Origin: Eledone cirrhosa | Lineage: Eukaryota | DNA: 64,000 nucleotides | Reading direction: 5' to 3' | Assembly: GCA_964016885.1 (NCBI GenBank) | Contig: OZ024740.1 | Location: 129,580,001 to 129,644,000 of the forward strand | In this document: positions 52,670 through 64,000 of the stretch, piece after piece | Position numbering within the stretch: position 1 is the stretch's first letter | How the letters are laid out: every line of letters starts with the position of its first letter | The notes under the pieces: model-generated | Seen by the model: the letters and a program-made list of their open reading frames with translations, nothing else | Databases searched by the model: none | What the model was told of the DNA's origin: nothing | Position numbers and translations under genes: made by a program

Positions 52670-55600
52670 ATGGAGATGGAGGGTGGAGTATGCCAGGCAA
52701 GCGAGCCAGTGGGAAATGAAGGTGAAGAGGTCGAGAGAACGGAGGAACCACCCGAAGCAGACAATGATCTGAATACTGAGATAAATAATACCTGGAACAG
52801 AGATACGGCCACTGAGGAGATGAATGCTGACGGGCTAGGACAAGATTCGGTTGACATCCTAAATTTAGTGGTAGATGAATTGAACAATGATAGTGGGAGA
52901 CCTATGAACCTAAGATTTGTAGACAGGAAAAAGTTAAAAGAAACAACAGCTAAGGTAAACAAAGTCATCCCATACCTTGAGGCGAGGAGCCTTCACCAGT
53001 GCAACAATATCCTCAGAGCAACAGCAAATACGGTGGGTTGAGGGGGGGGAAGGGGGGGGGGGGAGGGGGGGGAACTACTTGGTATGAAAGCGAGAGGAAA
53101 CAACAGACAAGAAAGAGCAGAGCCGTGGTGGAAGAAGCGACTGAGTGGGCAAATCGGGGAAATGAGAAATGACATAGGAAAGCTTGAGTCACTACTGAAT
53201 GGGACACTAAAAAACATAGGCACTAAAAATAGACTGGAAATAAAATACAAAACTAGGAGTAAAAGGCTAAATATTATCATAGAGGAATTGAAGCAACGCA
53301 TTGTAGCAAAGAGTGCAAAAATCAGGCGATACGAGAACAGAGTCAGTCAGTATAAACAGAACCGCATGTTCGACAACAACCAGAAGATGCTGTTTGGACA
53401 GCTTGAGGGCAAAGAAAGAGGCAACGACTTGATCCCTGAGGCGGAACAAACTAAAACATTCTGGAGAGGAATATGGGAGCAGGATGTTAGACACAATGCC
53501 CAGGCAGGGTGGATTGAGACAGTACAGAGGGAGATCGGTGAGCAGGCACAGCAACAGACTGATTTGAGTATCACAGTTGAAACTCTTAAGGGGCAAGCCA
53601 AAAAACTAACCAACTGGAAATCACCAGGCCCAGATGGTGTGCAGGGGTATTGGATTAAACATTTAACATCCCTCCACCCGAAGCTGACGGCCATGTTCAA
53701 TGACTGCTTGGTGTCGGGTGAGGTGCCAGATTGGTTGACAAAAGGTACCACAGTTCTGATAATGAAAGTCCGAATCAAGGGTAATGATGCTAGCAACTAT
53801 AGACCTATCACATGTCTTCCCGTAATGTGGAAACTGTTGACGAGCATTGTGTCTGAGGAAATCTACCATCACCTCCACACAAACAACTTGTTACCGGACG
53901 AACAGAAAGGATGCCGAAAGAAGTCACGTGGTACAAAGGACCAGTTACTTATTGATAAGATGGTAATGGGGAATTGCAGGAGGAGACACACTGATCTTGC
54001 CATGGGATGGATAGACTACAGAAAGGCATTTGACATGGTGCCTCATTCCTGGATCACCAAAAGCCTGGAGATCTTCAGGGTGGCAGATAACATCAGACAG
54101 TTGCTAGGCAGGAGTATGGGGTCCTGGGAGACAGAGTTGACATCAACTGGAGTATCCTTGGGAAGCGTGAAGATCAAGAGAGGTATCTTCCAGGGAGATA
54201 GCCTGTCCCCTCTGTTGTTTGTCCTTGCCCTGATGCCCCTGACCATTATGCTGCGAAAAGTGAGAGCAGGATACAAGTTGGGAAGGGGAGAGCTTACCAT
54301 CAATCACCTCCTCTTCATGGACGATCTTAAGCTCTTCGGGAAAAGTGAGAAGGAGTTGGATGTGCTTGTTGACACTGTCCGTATTTTCAGCAGTGATATA
54401 TGTATGCAGTTTGGTATTGGTAAATGTGGAGTCATTGTGATGAAGAGGGGTAGGTTGAGCAGAAGTAACGGGATCCAGATACCAACAGGTGAGATGATAA
54501 AGGAAATTGACTCTGAGGAAGGATACAAGTATTTGGGCGTTCTGGAGGCTGATGGCATAAAGAACAAAAAAATGAAGGAATTGTTAAGAACTGAATACAT
54601 TCGGAGAGTAAGGAGCGTATTGAAGTCACATCTGAACAGCAGAAATGCCATAAGCGCAGTAAATTCCCGAGCTGTGTCTATTATTAGGTACAGTGCGGGA
54701 ATTCTGAGATGGAATGTTGCTGAACAAAAAGAAATGGATAGGAAACTAGGAAGCTATTGACTATCTACAACATGTTCCACAAGAGGAGTGATGTCGATAG
54801 ACTCTACCTAAGGAGATCTGAGGGTGGAAGAGGTCTTATCAGCATAGAGGACTGTGTTCAGATGGAGAAAAACAACCTATACAAATACGTGACCTATAGT
54901 AAGGAGCCAATACTCAGAACTGTACTGAAGGAGGGGACAGTAGGCCAGGGGATGTCCAGGGAGGAAATAACATCAAGGAGGAAGAGCAGCCTTAAGGGAA
55001 AATCCCTTCATAGTACCTTCTTTGAGAAAACTGAATTTAGAGATCCACAGACATGGAACTGGTTGAGAAGAGGAGACCTCAAAAAGGCTACAGAAGGAAT
55101 GCTAATGGCTGCGCAGGAGCAGGCCCTCAAAACAAAGTGGTTGAAGCACCATATCTACAAGGAGGAGGCTAGCCCACTGTGCAGGATCTGTGGAGAGAGA
55201 GAGGAGACTGTGGCTCATATTGTGTCCGAGTGTAAACACCTAGCCCAGACCCACTATAAGGGCTGGAGACACGATGTGATGGGCAGGGTGATCCACTGGC
55301 ACCTGTGCAAAGTAAACAATCTACCACATTCTGAGAAATGGTATGAGCATAGGCCAGAGGCGGTGATGGAGAACAATCAGGTGAAGGTGCTGTGGGATTT
55401 TAGGATACAGACGGACAAAAAACTGGAACACAATAGACCTGACCTGGTGGTTGTGGACAAAGAAAAAAGATCGTGCCTCATTGTGGATGTGGCCTGCCCT
55501 TTCGACACGAGAGTGCAAGAGAAGGAGAGGGAGAAAATTAACCGATACCAGGACCTAAAGTGGGAGGTGAAAAGGATTTGGAACTGCCATGAAGTCAAAG

Positions 55601-55827
55601 TGATCCCGATTGTCATAGGCGCACTGGGGACTATCTCCAAAAGTTTCCAGGGATGGTTAAAGAAAATCGGCCCCTTCACGCTTTTTGGAACGCTTCAAAA
55701 GGCATGCTTGCTTGGAACAGCAAGAACCCTCCGATACGTCCAGAATATCTAAGGCTGCAGGTAGTGGCTTGATATTCAATCCAACGGACTTTCCAGTTAA
55801 CCAACATCAATGACTGAGATTCAAGGA
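52670..55827 (+). mobile_element. R4/Dong-like element, family A copy A2 (5'-truncated, RT present, two disruptions)
   Basis: FMDDLKLF, GIFQGDSLSPLLF, CRICG..H..C and RPDLV..D..K. A G-run insertion lies near 53040 and a 1-bp deletion near 54748. Confidence 0.95.
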
Positions 55828-55865
55828 ATAACAATAACAATAATAATAATAATAATAAAAATGAA

Positions 55866-57654
55866 GGGAAGAAGACGCTCGAGGTGGTAGAAGGTCATGA
55901 AATCGCTCCCGTAAGTTTTGAATTTTTAGCATATTTAAATCATTTGTAAAATAACAACTCTTAGTACAAATGCTACATAAAGCATCCGGCTTGAGCCCCA
56001 CAAAAATTTGGACCCAAAATATATTGTTATAAGACTCAAATATTCAAATATTCAACTTTGTATTGTACATTGTATATTCAAAAAAGAAAATGGCTATAAA
56101 TGGAAGAGGAAGAACTCCCCCCTCCTCTGTCTACACTATATAAAACAGCTAAACAACACCAATCTCACCAACACCAGAAACTGGATACACCACCTACCCC
56201 ACCAGCTCTCTGTGTACACTAAACACAACAGCCAGATAACGGCAATTTCACCACCACCACAACCAATCTCAACATAATAATGATAATAATAAATACTATT
56301 ATTATTGTCCCAAGTTTTAACAAGATGTTTAATCCCAACATTAAGGGAATTTATGTCAACACATATACGACTAACCCCATAAATTCACCGAACGGACATC
56401 AGTAACAACAACGCCGCCCATCCATCATTACTACCACTATCCCATCACCGCCGCCACCTCTCCTTCATTGCTACTACCGCTACAACACCATCACTACAGT
56501 AATACACATCACCACCACCAATGTCTCAGTATCGCTACCACCGCTATTCTCTCCCATTGCTTCCTGCTAGTTGCTGCCACCACATTATTGAATTCCTACT
56601 AAAAAAGAGGAAGGCATCAAAATATATAGATAGAGTCAAAAGAAAAAAGAAAAAAACAAACATCAAAACCAAAGCAGCACAGCAACAACAGCAAAAAAAG
56701 AGAAAAACAAAAACAAAAAATAAACGTAAAGAAAATAAGAATGAAGAGAGAAACAAGCGGACGGACAGAGAAGAGAAGGGAACAACTAAGTCAGACATTC
56801 GAACACTACATTACAATGAAACTTATGCTTATTCATTTTTGGGGGTTTTTCTGCCTGTGTGTTTGTCTGTTTGTTTGATTCGTCTACAGCGTGGTGATGA
56901 TGCCACACAAGAGCCAAGTGGAGCGGCGCAACCACCGGAGACGGTGAATCCACAGATGGGTATGTAACCATACATTCGCCAATCCTCGATAAAAGTGTTT
57001 CAATATCGAACCTAAACAGTTCGTATACCGGTGAAATGGAGACTAGAACGCCATGTGACAGACTCTCCCCCAACAGGTGCTCCCTGGCTCAGCAGCAGGA
57101 ACCTGGCTGTCAACCAAATACTGATGGTGTCGGAGGAAGAAGAAGAAGGAAAGGGACCAGAACCAACTGGACGAAAGAATTGAATAGAACTGTTATGCAA
57201 TGTTACCTGAAAAGTAACCCCAAGGAGAGGGTCTATAGGAGACGGATGCATAACATCTGGAACGAGATTGGTCTATTTAAATTAGATGAACAAATATTGG
57301 CCGGGCAGGCTCGGATAATAAGAACTAATGGGTGGATAAGCGAGCTGGAACTGGAGGAACTGAGCAGAGAGATTAGCTTGGAGATGGAGAGTGGAGTATG
57401 CCAGGCAAACGAGCCAGTGGGAAATGAAGGTGAAGAGGTCGAGAGAACGGAGGTACCACCCGAAGCAGACAATGTTCTGTATACTGAGATAAATAATTCC
57501 TGGAACGCTTTTTGGAACGCTTCAAAAGGCATGCTTGCTGGGAACAGCAAGAACCCTCCAATACGTCCTGAATATCTGAGGCTGCAGGTAGTGGCTTGAT
57601 ATTCATTCCAACGGACTCTCCGGTTAACTAACATCAATGACTGAGATTCAAGGA
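55866..57654 (+). mobile_element. R4/Dong-like element, family A copy A3 (leader, about 155 codons, then 3' end)
   Basis: Same 5' start as A1. The junction tggaAC/gctttttgg near 57505 removes about 2.9 kb. Confidence 0.92.
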
Positions 57655-57662
57655 ATAGTAAC

Positions 57663-57696
<34 letters not shown>

Positions 57697-57702
<6 letters not shown>

Positions 57703-58143
57703 TTGAAGGACTTTCAAAGGAGGGTATGCCTGCTAATTGATATGTCTGTTCCAATAGACAAGAATGTATCTATAAAAACATTTGAAAAATTGAGCAAGTA
57801 TAAGGACCTGGAGATAGAAATTGGAAAAATGTGGAAATTGAGAACTAAAACAATACCAGTGGTTGTAGGCGCTCTGGGAATGATACCTAAGGGGTCTAAC
57901 GACTACTTATCGCAAATCCCAGGAAACCCGCGTATAGGAGAAATACAAAAGATAGTACTAATGGGAACTGCCCATATACTAAGGAAGATCCTGTCAATAT
58001 AAGTACATCACAAGTCTAAACACTAAGGATGCATGTGTGAATATGTGTGTTCTTTCTTGAACATGGCGGACCTTGTTGTCTCTTGAGGTCACTGGTTGTG
58101 ACTTGGTGATAACTCGTATAAACATAAAGCAAGATAAATGCAA
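57697..58143 (+). mobile_element. R4/Dong-like family B copy B2 (short 3' fragment)
   Basis: Matches 52203-52646; flanked by (TAA)n. Confidence 0.95.
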
Positions 58144-58158
58144 ATAATAATAATAATA

Positions 58159-61100
58159 GAAAAGAAATGAATGAGAATGAACTTGCCAACTTGAAGGATG
58201 AAATTATGATCGAATGGATGAAAATGAAAGAATCTGACATGGGGGAACGAGACACCCTCCCTAAGATCCAGAACTCCAAACAGAACCAAAAGATAATACA
58301 CAAGACTAACATAACTCTCAAAAACATTATCATCACAAACAGACTAAGCATTACTGACTTAAATCATCTCTATTATGCATCGGCTAAAGTCACCACTCAC
58401 TTATGTGGAGTGAAGATGAAAAAACAAAGGAATTCCCACAAGAAATCTACTTGGCAAGATAACATCAATCGCCAAATAAACCTTCTCCGATCTGACATAG
58501 AAATTTTAACAAACTATAAAGTAGGTGAACATGTTAAACAAACTAAACTTAGAAAATTGAAAAAAAAGTACAGTATAAGATCAACATGTGACATAGACAT
58601 GCTGATAGAAACAATCAAGCAAAAAGTGTCGGCCAAAGCTGCTCGTATAAGGCGCTTTGAAAAACGATCTAGATTCTATAAGGACAATAATATGTTCAAA
58701 AACAACCAAAGAAACTTCTACAGAAAAATTGGTAAGTCAACAATAACTGCTAAATCAATACCACCCAAGGAGGAAGTGCAAGAATTCTGGGAAAAGATCT
58801 GGGCCGAAGAAAAAGTTCATAACATACATGCCCCATGGATAGACAGACAAATGAAAGAAACAGCTCACCTTGAAGAACAAACATGGGAAAATATAACAGT
58901 TGAACAGCTGCGCTTGGCTCTAAGAAAAACCAGCAAATGGAAATCCCCAGGAAAAGACAAAATACAAAACTTTTGGATAAATGCCTTCACAGAGTCTCAT
59001 GAGCTGTTAGCCCAACTTTACAATGAAATAGTTAAGGAGCCAGAAAAGATACCATCATGGCTAGTTAACGGCATTACATTCCTGCTACCGAAGAATGATG
59101 AGACAAACAATCCCAAACATTACAGACCGATAACCTGCTTGACCACAATGTATAAAATTTTCACATCAGTCCTAACTGAATACACATATGACCACCTGAT
59201 AACAAATGACCTATTTCCCATTGAGCAGAAAGGGTGTAAACGAGGCTCATATGGCTGTAAGGATCAGCTTCTGGTTAACAAAATGATACTGGAAGATTGT
59301 CATAATAGACACAAAAATCTATCGATTGCTTGGATAGATTATAAAAAAGCATTTGATAGTTTGCCACACAGTTGGATTGAAAAATGTTTAGAGATTTTCA
59401 AAATATCCCCCGTTATCAGGAGGTTTTTGTCATTCAGTATGAGGACATGGAGAACGACACTCCTTTTGAATAGTGAAACAAAATCACTGGAAGCTGGAGA
59501 AGTTAACATTAATTGTGGAATTTTTCAGTGTGACTCTTTATCATCGCTTTTATTCTGCATCGCACTTATACCATTAAGTAAAATGCTCAATGAAACAAAA
59601 CATGGATATAGAGTCTATGACAAAACCATTAATCACCTGTTCTACATGGATGACCTGAAACTATTTGCAAAAAATGATGAACAATTGCAAGGGCTATTAT
59701 CCACTGTGAAGCAGTTCAGTGATGACATTAAAATGGAGTTTGGACTGGATAAATGCGCCAAAGCAACGTTCACCAGAGGAAAGCTGCTGAAGAGTTCAGA
59801 CATTAATCTTGATCGGGGGAACGTGATAAGAGAGCTTGATCAAGAACAAACTTACAAATATCTAGGTGTTTGTGAAGGAGACGGAATCAAGCACTCGACA
59901 ATGAGGGAAAGGATAAGGAAGGAATGTTACCGCAGAGTCAGAGCAATCTTAAGAACGGAATTGAATGCAAGGAATAGGATCGATGCCATAAACACGCTTA
60001 CCATACCAGTAGTAAACTACAGTTACAATGTCATCAACTGGTCAAGCACAGAGATCCGTAGGCTCGATACAAAAATTCGAAAATTCTTAACCATGCACAG
60101 AATGCATCACCCTAAGGCAGATGTAGATAGAATATATCTCCCTAGGAAAGAAGGAGGACGTGGGTTAATCCAGTTAGACATTGCGTTGAAAACTGCAACA
60201 ATTGGATTATCCACATATCTAAGCGAATCACATGCTTGGATGATCAAACTCGTTTTGAAACACGAAAGCACCAAAAGATCATATTCCATTACAAAAGATG
60301 CACGAAGATACAGTAATGGACTACAAATTTCAGAAGTCCCATTTACTGCTGAAATGGAAAACACAGAAAAAGCAAAGCAGGTAAAAGTAACTGCAAAGAA
60401 AGAACTGCTACAGAAACTGGCTAAGAAATGGCAAGAAAAGCCTCTGTATGGAAAATACCCAGAGCGAGCTAACAATCCTGATGTTGACAAAACTTTAACC
60501 CATCAGTGGTTGGCATCCTCTGGACTGAAATCGGAGACTGAAGGACTGATTATATCCGCACAAGATCAGTGTCTGCCAACAAAAAATTACCAAGCCAACA
60601 TAATAAAAAATGGGTGCAGCCCATTATGCCGTGTATGCAAAAAACAACCAGAGACCATTGACCATATAATTTCAATGTGCAGTCCTATAGCTCCAACCGA
60701 ATACCTAAACAGGCATGACAGAGCTGCACAATACATACATTGGATAATGTGTAAGCATTTTGACCTGCCCCATTAAAAGAATTGGTGGGAGCATCAACCA
60801 CCTCCCATACTTGAAAAAGATCACATCTCAATCTTGTGGAACTTTAGCATCCAAACAGACCGAAAAATAGATGCAATTAGACCTGATATAATATTGAAGG
60901 ACTTTCAAAGGAGGGTATGCCTGCTAATTGATATGTCTGTTCCAATAGACAAGAATGTATCTATAAAAACATTTGAAAAATTGAGCAAGTATAAGGACCT
61001 GGAGACAGAAATTGGAAAAATGTGGAAATTGAGAACTAAAACAATACCAGTGAAAGAGCAGTGGTTGTAGTCGCTCTGGGAATGATACCTAAGTGGTCTA

Positions 61101-61345
61101 ACGACTACTTATCGCAAATCCCAGGAAACCCGCGTATAGGAGAAATACAAAAGATAGTACTAATGGGAACTGCCCATATACTAAGGAAGATCCTGTCAAT
61201 ATAAGTACATCACAAGTCTAAACACTAAGGATGCATGTGTGAATATGTGTGTTCTTTCTTGAACATGGCGGACCTTGTTGTCTCTTGAGGTCACTGGTTG
61301 TGACTTGGTGATAACTCGTATAAACATAAAGCAAGATAAATGCAA
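58159..61345 (+). mobile_element. R4/Dong-like family B copy B3 (5'-truncated, nonsense codon at 60774)
   Basis: 869-aa ORF collinear with B1; CAA has become TAA at 60774, and a small insertion lies near 61050. Confidence 0.95.
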
Positions 61346-61369
61346 ATAATAATAATAATAATAATAATA

Positions 61370-61542
61370 ATGGTTAAAGAAAATCGGCCCCGTCACGCTT
61401 TTTGGAACGCTTCAAAAAGCATGCTTGCTGGGAACAACAAGAACCCTCCGATACGTCCTGAATATCTGAGGCTGCAGATAGTGGCTTGATATTCATTCCA
61501 ACTGACTTTTCAGTTAACCAACATCAATGACTGAGATTCAAG

Positions 61543-61544
<2 letters not shown>
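61370..61544 (+). mobile_element. R4/Dong-like family A copy A4 (short 3' fragment)
   Basis: Matches 55653-55827; flanked by (TAA)n. Confidence 0.93.
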
Positions 61545-61598
<54 letters not shown>

Positions 61599-61613
61599 TT
61601 AATAATAATAATA

Positions 61614-64000
61614 AAAAAAAAAAAAAAAACGAGAAAAACAAACAGGGAAAAACAAAAACAAAAAAAGAAACCCCAAAAACGTAAAGAAAATAAGAATGAA
61701 GAGAGAAGCAGGCGGACGGACAGAGAAGAGGGGGGAAAAAGTAAAACTTAAAAAACAAAAACTAAGTCAGACATTCGAATACTACATTACAATGAAACTT
61801 ATGCTTATTCATTTTTGGGGCCCTTTCTGCCCGTGTGTTTGTTTGTTTATGTGTGTCCGTATACAGCGTGGTGATAATGCCACACAAGGGCCAAGTGGGA
61901 TGGCGGATCCACAGATGGCTATGTAAACATACGTTCGCCAATCCTCGATAAGAGTGTTTAAATATCGAACATAAACAGTTCGAATAACGGTGAAATGGAG
62001 ACTAGAACGTCATGTGACAGACTCTCACCCAACAGGTGCCCCCTGGCTCAGCAGCAGGAACCTGACTGTCAACCAAATACTGCTGATGTTGGAGGGAGAA
62101 GAAGAAGGAAAGGGGCCAGAACCAACTGGACGAAAGAATTGAATAGAACTGTTATGCAATGCTACCTGAAAAGTAACCCCAAGGAGAGGGGCTACAGGAG
62201 ACGGATGCATAACATCTGGAACGAGATTGGTTTATTTAAATTAGATGAACAAAAATTGGCCGGGCAGGCTCGGGTAATAAGAACTAATGGGTGGATAAGC
62301 GAGCTGGAACTGGAGGAACTGAGCAGAGAGAATGGCTTGGAGATGGCGGGTGTAGTATGCCAGACAAGCGAGCCGGCGGGAAATGAAGGTGAGGAGGTCC
62401 TGAGAACGGAGGAACCACCCGAAGCAGACAATGATCTGAATACTGAGATAAATAATACCTGGAACAGTGATACGGCCACTGAGGAGATGAATGCTGACGG
62501 GCTGGGACAAGATTCGGTTGACATCCTAAATTTAGTGGTAGATGAGTTGAACAATGATAGTGGGAGACCTATGAACCTAAGATTTGTAGACAGGAAAAAG
62601 TTAAAAGAAACAACAGCTAAGGTAAACAAAGTCAACCCATACCTTGAGGCGAGGAGTCTTCACCAGTGCAACAATATCCTCAAAGCAACAGCAAATACGG
62701 TGAGGAAACTACTTGGTATAAAAGCGAGAGGAAACAACAGACAAGAAAGAGCAGAGCCGTGGTGGAAGAAGCGACTGAGTGGGCAAATCGGGGAAATGAG
62801 AAATGACATAGGAAAGCTTGAGTCACTACTGAATGGGACACTAAAAAACATAGGCACTAAAAATAGACTGGAAATAAAATACAAAACTAGGAGTAAAAAG
62901 CTAAATATTATCATAGAGGAATTGAAGCAACGCATTGTAGCAAAGAGTGCCAAAATCAGGCGATACGAGAACAGAGTCAGTCAGTATAAACAGAACCGCA
63001 TGTTCGACAACAACCAGAAGATGCTGTTTGGACAGCTTGAGGGGAAAGAAAGAGGCAACGACTTGATCCCTGGGGCGGAACAAGCTAAAACATTCTGGAG
63101 AGGAATATGGGAGCAGGATGTTAGACACAATGCCAAGGCAGGGTGGATTGAGACAGTACAGAGGGATATCGGTGAGCAGGCACAACTACAGACTGATTTG
63201 AGTATCACAGTTGAAACTCTTAAGGGGCAAGCCAAAAAACTAACCAACTGGAAATCACCAGGCCCAGATGGTGTGCAGGGGTATTGGATTAAACATTTAA
63301 CATCCCTCCACCCGAAGCTGACGGCCATGTTCAATGACTGCTTGGTGTCGGGTGAGGTGCCAGAGTGGTTGACAAAAGGTACCACAGTTCTGATAATGAA
63401 AGACCGAAGCAGGATCTGTGGAGAGAGAGAGGAGATTGTGGCCCACATTGTGTCCGAGTGTAAACACCTAGCCCAGACCCACTATAAGGGCTGGAGACAC
63501 GATGTGATGGGCAGGGTGATCCACTGGCACCTGTGCAAAGTAAACAATCTACCACATTCTGAGAAATGGTATGAGCATAGGCCAGAGGCGGTGATGGAGA
63601 ACAGTCAGGTGAAGGTGCTGTGGGATTTTAGGATACAGACGGACAAAAAACTGGAACACAATAGACCTGACCTGGTGGTTGTGGACAAAGAAAAAAGATC
63701 GTGCCTGATTGTGGATGTGGCCTGCCCGTTCGACACGAGAGTGCAAGAGAAGGAGAGGGAGAAAATTAACCGATACCAGGACCTAAAGTGGGAGGTGAAA
63801 AGGATTTGGAACTGCCATGAAGTCAAAGTGATCCCGATTGTCATAGGCGCACTGGGGACTATCTCCAAAGGTTTTCAGGGATGGTTAAAGAAAATCGGCC
63901 CCTTCACGCTTTTTGGAACGCTTCAAAAGGCATGCTTGCTTGGAACGGCAAGAACCCTCCGATACGTCCTGAATATCTGAGGCTGCAGGTAGTGGCTTGA
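61614..64000 (+). mobile_element. R4/Dong-like family A copy A5 (partial leader, RT deleted in frame; runs to the window edge)
   Basis: Leader matches 47640-48010, followed by a continuous ORF and the family A 3' UTR. Confidence 0.93.
61995..63980 (+). CDS. 661-aa RT-less protein: putative Myb-like N-terminal domain fused to partial knuckle and PD-(D/E)xK endonuclease
   Basis: Open from ATG to TGA. TTVLIMKDRS is joined to RICGEREE, so the whole RT core seen in A2 is absent. Expression is unknown. Confidence 0.6.
   Translation: METRTSCDRLSPNRCPLAQQQEPDCQPNTADVGGRRRRKGARTNWTKELNRTVMQCYLKSNPKERGYRRRMHNIWNEIGLFKLDEQKLAGQARVIRTNGWISELELEELSRENGLEMAGVVCQTSEPAGNEGEEVLRTEEPPEADNDLNTEINNTWNSDTATEEMNADGLGQDSVDILNLVVDELNNDSGRPMNLRFVDRKKLKETTAKVNKVNPYLEARSLHQCNNILKATANTVRKLLGIKARGNNRQERAEPWWKKRLSGQIGEMRNDIGKLESLLNGTLKNIGTKNRLEIKYKTRSKKLNIIIEELKQRIVAKSAKIRRYENRVSQYKQNRMFDNNQKMLFGQLEGKERGNDLIPGAEQAKTFWRGIWEQDVRHNAKAGWIETVQRDIGEQAQLQTDLSITVETLKGQAKKLTNWKSPGPDGVQGYWIKHLTSLHPKLTAMFNDCLVSGEVPEWLTKGTTVLIMKDRSRICGEREEIVAHIVSECKHLAQTHYKGWRHDVMGRVIHWHLCKVNNLPHSEKWYEHRPEAVMENSQVKVLWDFRIQTDKKLEHNRPDLVVVDKEKRSCLIVDVACPFDTRVQEKEREKINRYQDLKWEVKRIWNCHEVKVIPIVIGALGTISKGFQGWLKKIGPFTLFGTLQKACLLGTARTLRYVLNI

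Noticed and set aside
46837-64000. CRISPR-like or prokaryotic retron/DGR system (repeats separating RT genes)
   Set aside because: Spacers are simple TAA microsatellites and the RTs carry non-LTR R4/Dong signatures in a eukaryotic context.

Overview
AT-rich, microsatellite-dense eukaryotic DNA with no recognisable host gene. The SINE type and repeat landscape suggest an invertebrate, most likely an octopus-like cephalopod (inference). The window is dominated by retroelements: two long Tx1/L1-clade LINEs flanked by (TTA)n (13.9-19.1 kb +, 40.8-46.8 kb -); a decayed RTE LINE with three C-terminal C2H2 fingers; a 5'-truncated RTE-group LINE ending in (TA)n; and many tRNA-derived SINEs. There is also a Penelope-like (GIY-YIG) remnant and several non-coding fold-back insertions in (TA)n. 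Hammerhead ribozyme motifs occur at several loci, including two copies of a U3-A8 variant. From 46.9 kb to the end lies a head-to-tail array of eight R4/Dong-type (RT + restriction-like endonuclease) elements of two families, each separated by (TAA)n. One member is an in-frame RT-less derivative, and the leader of one family resembles a Tx1 5' end. Most short ORFs in the track are microsatellite translations.
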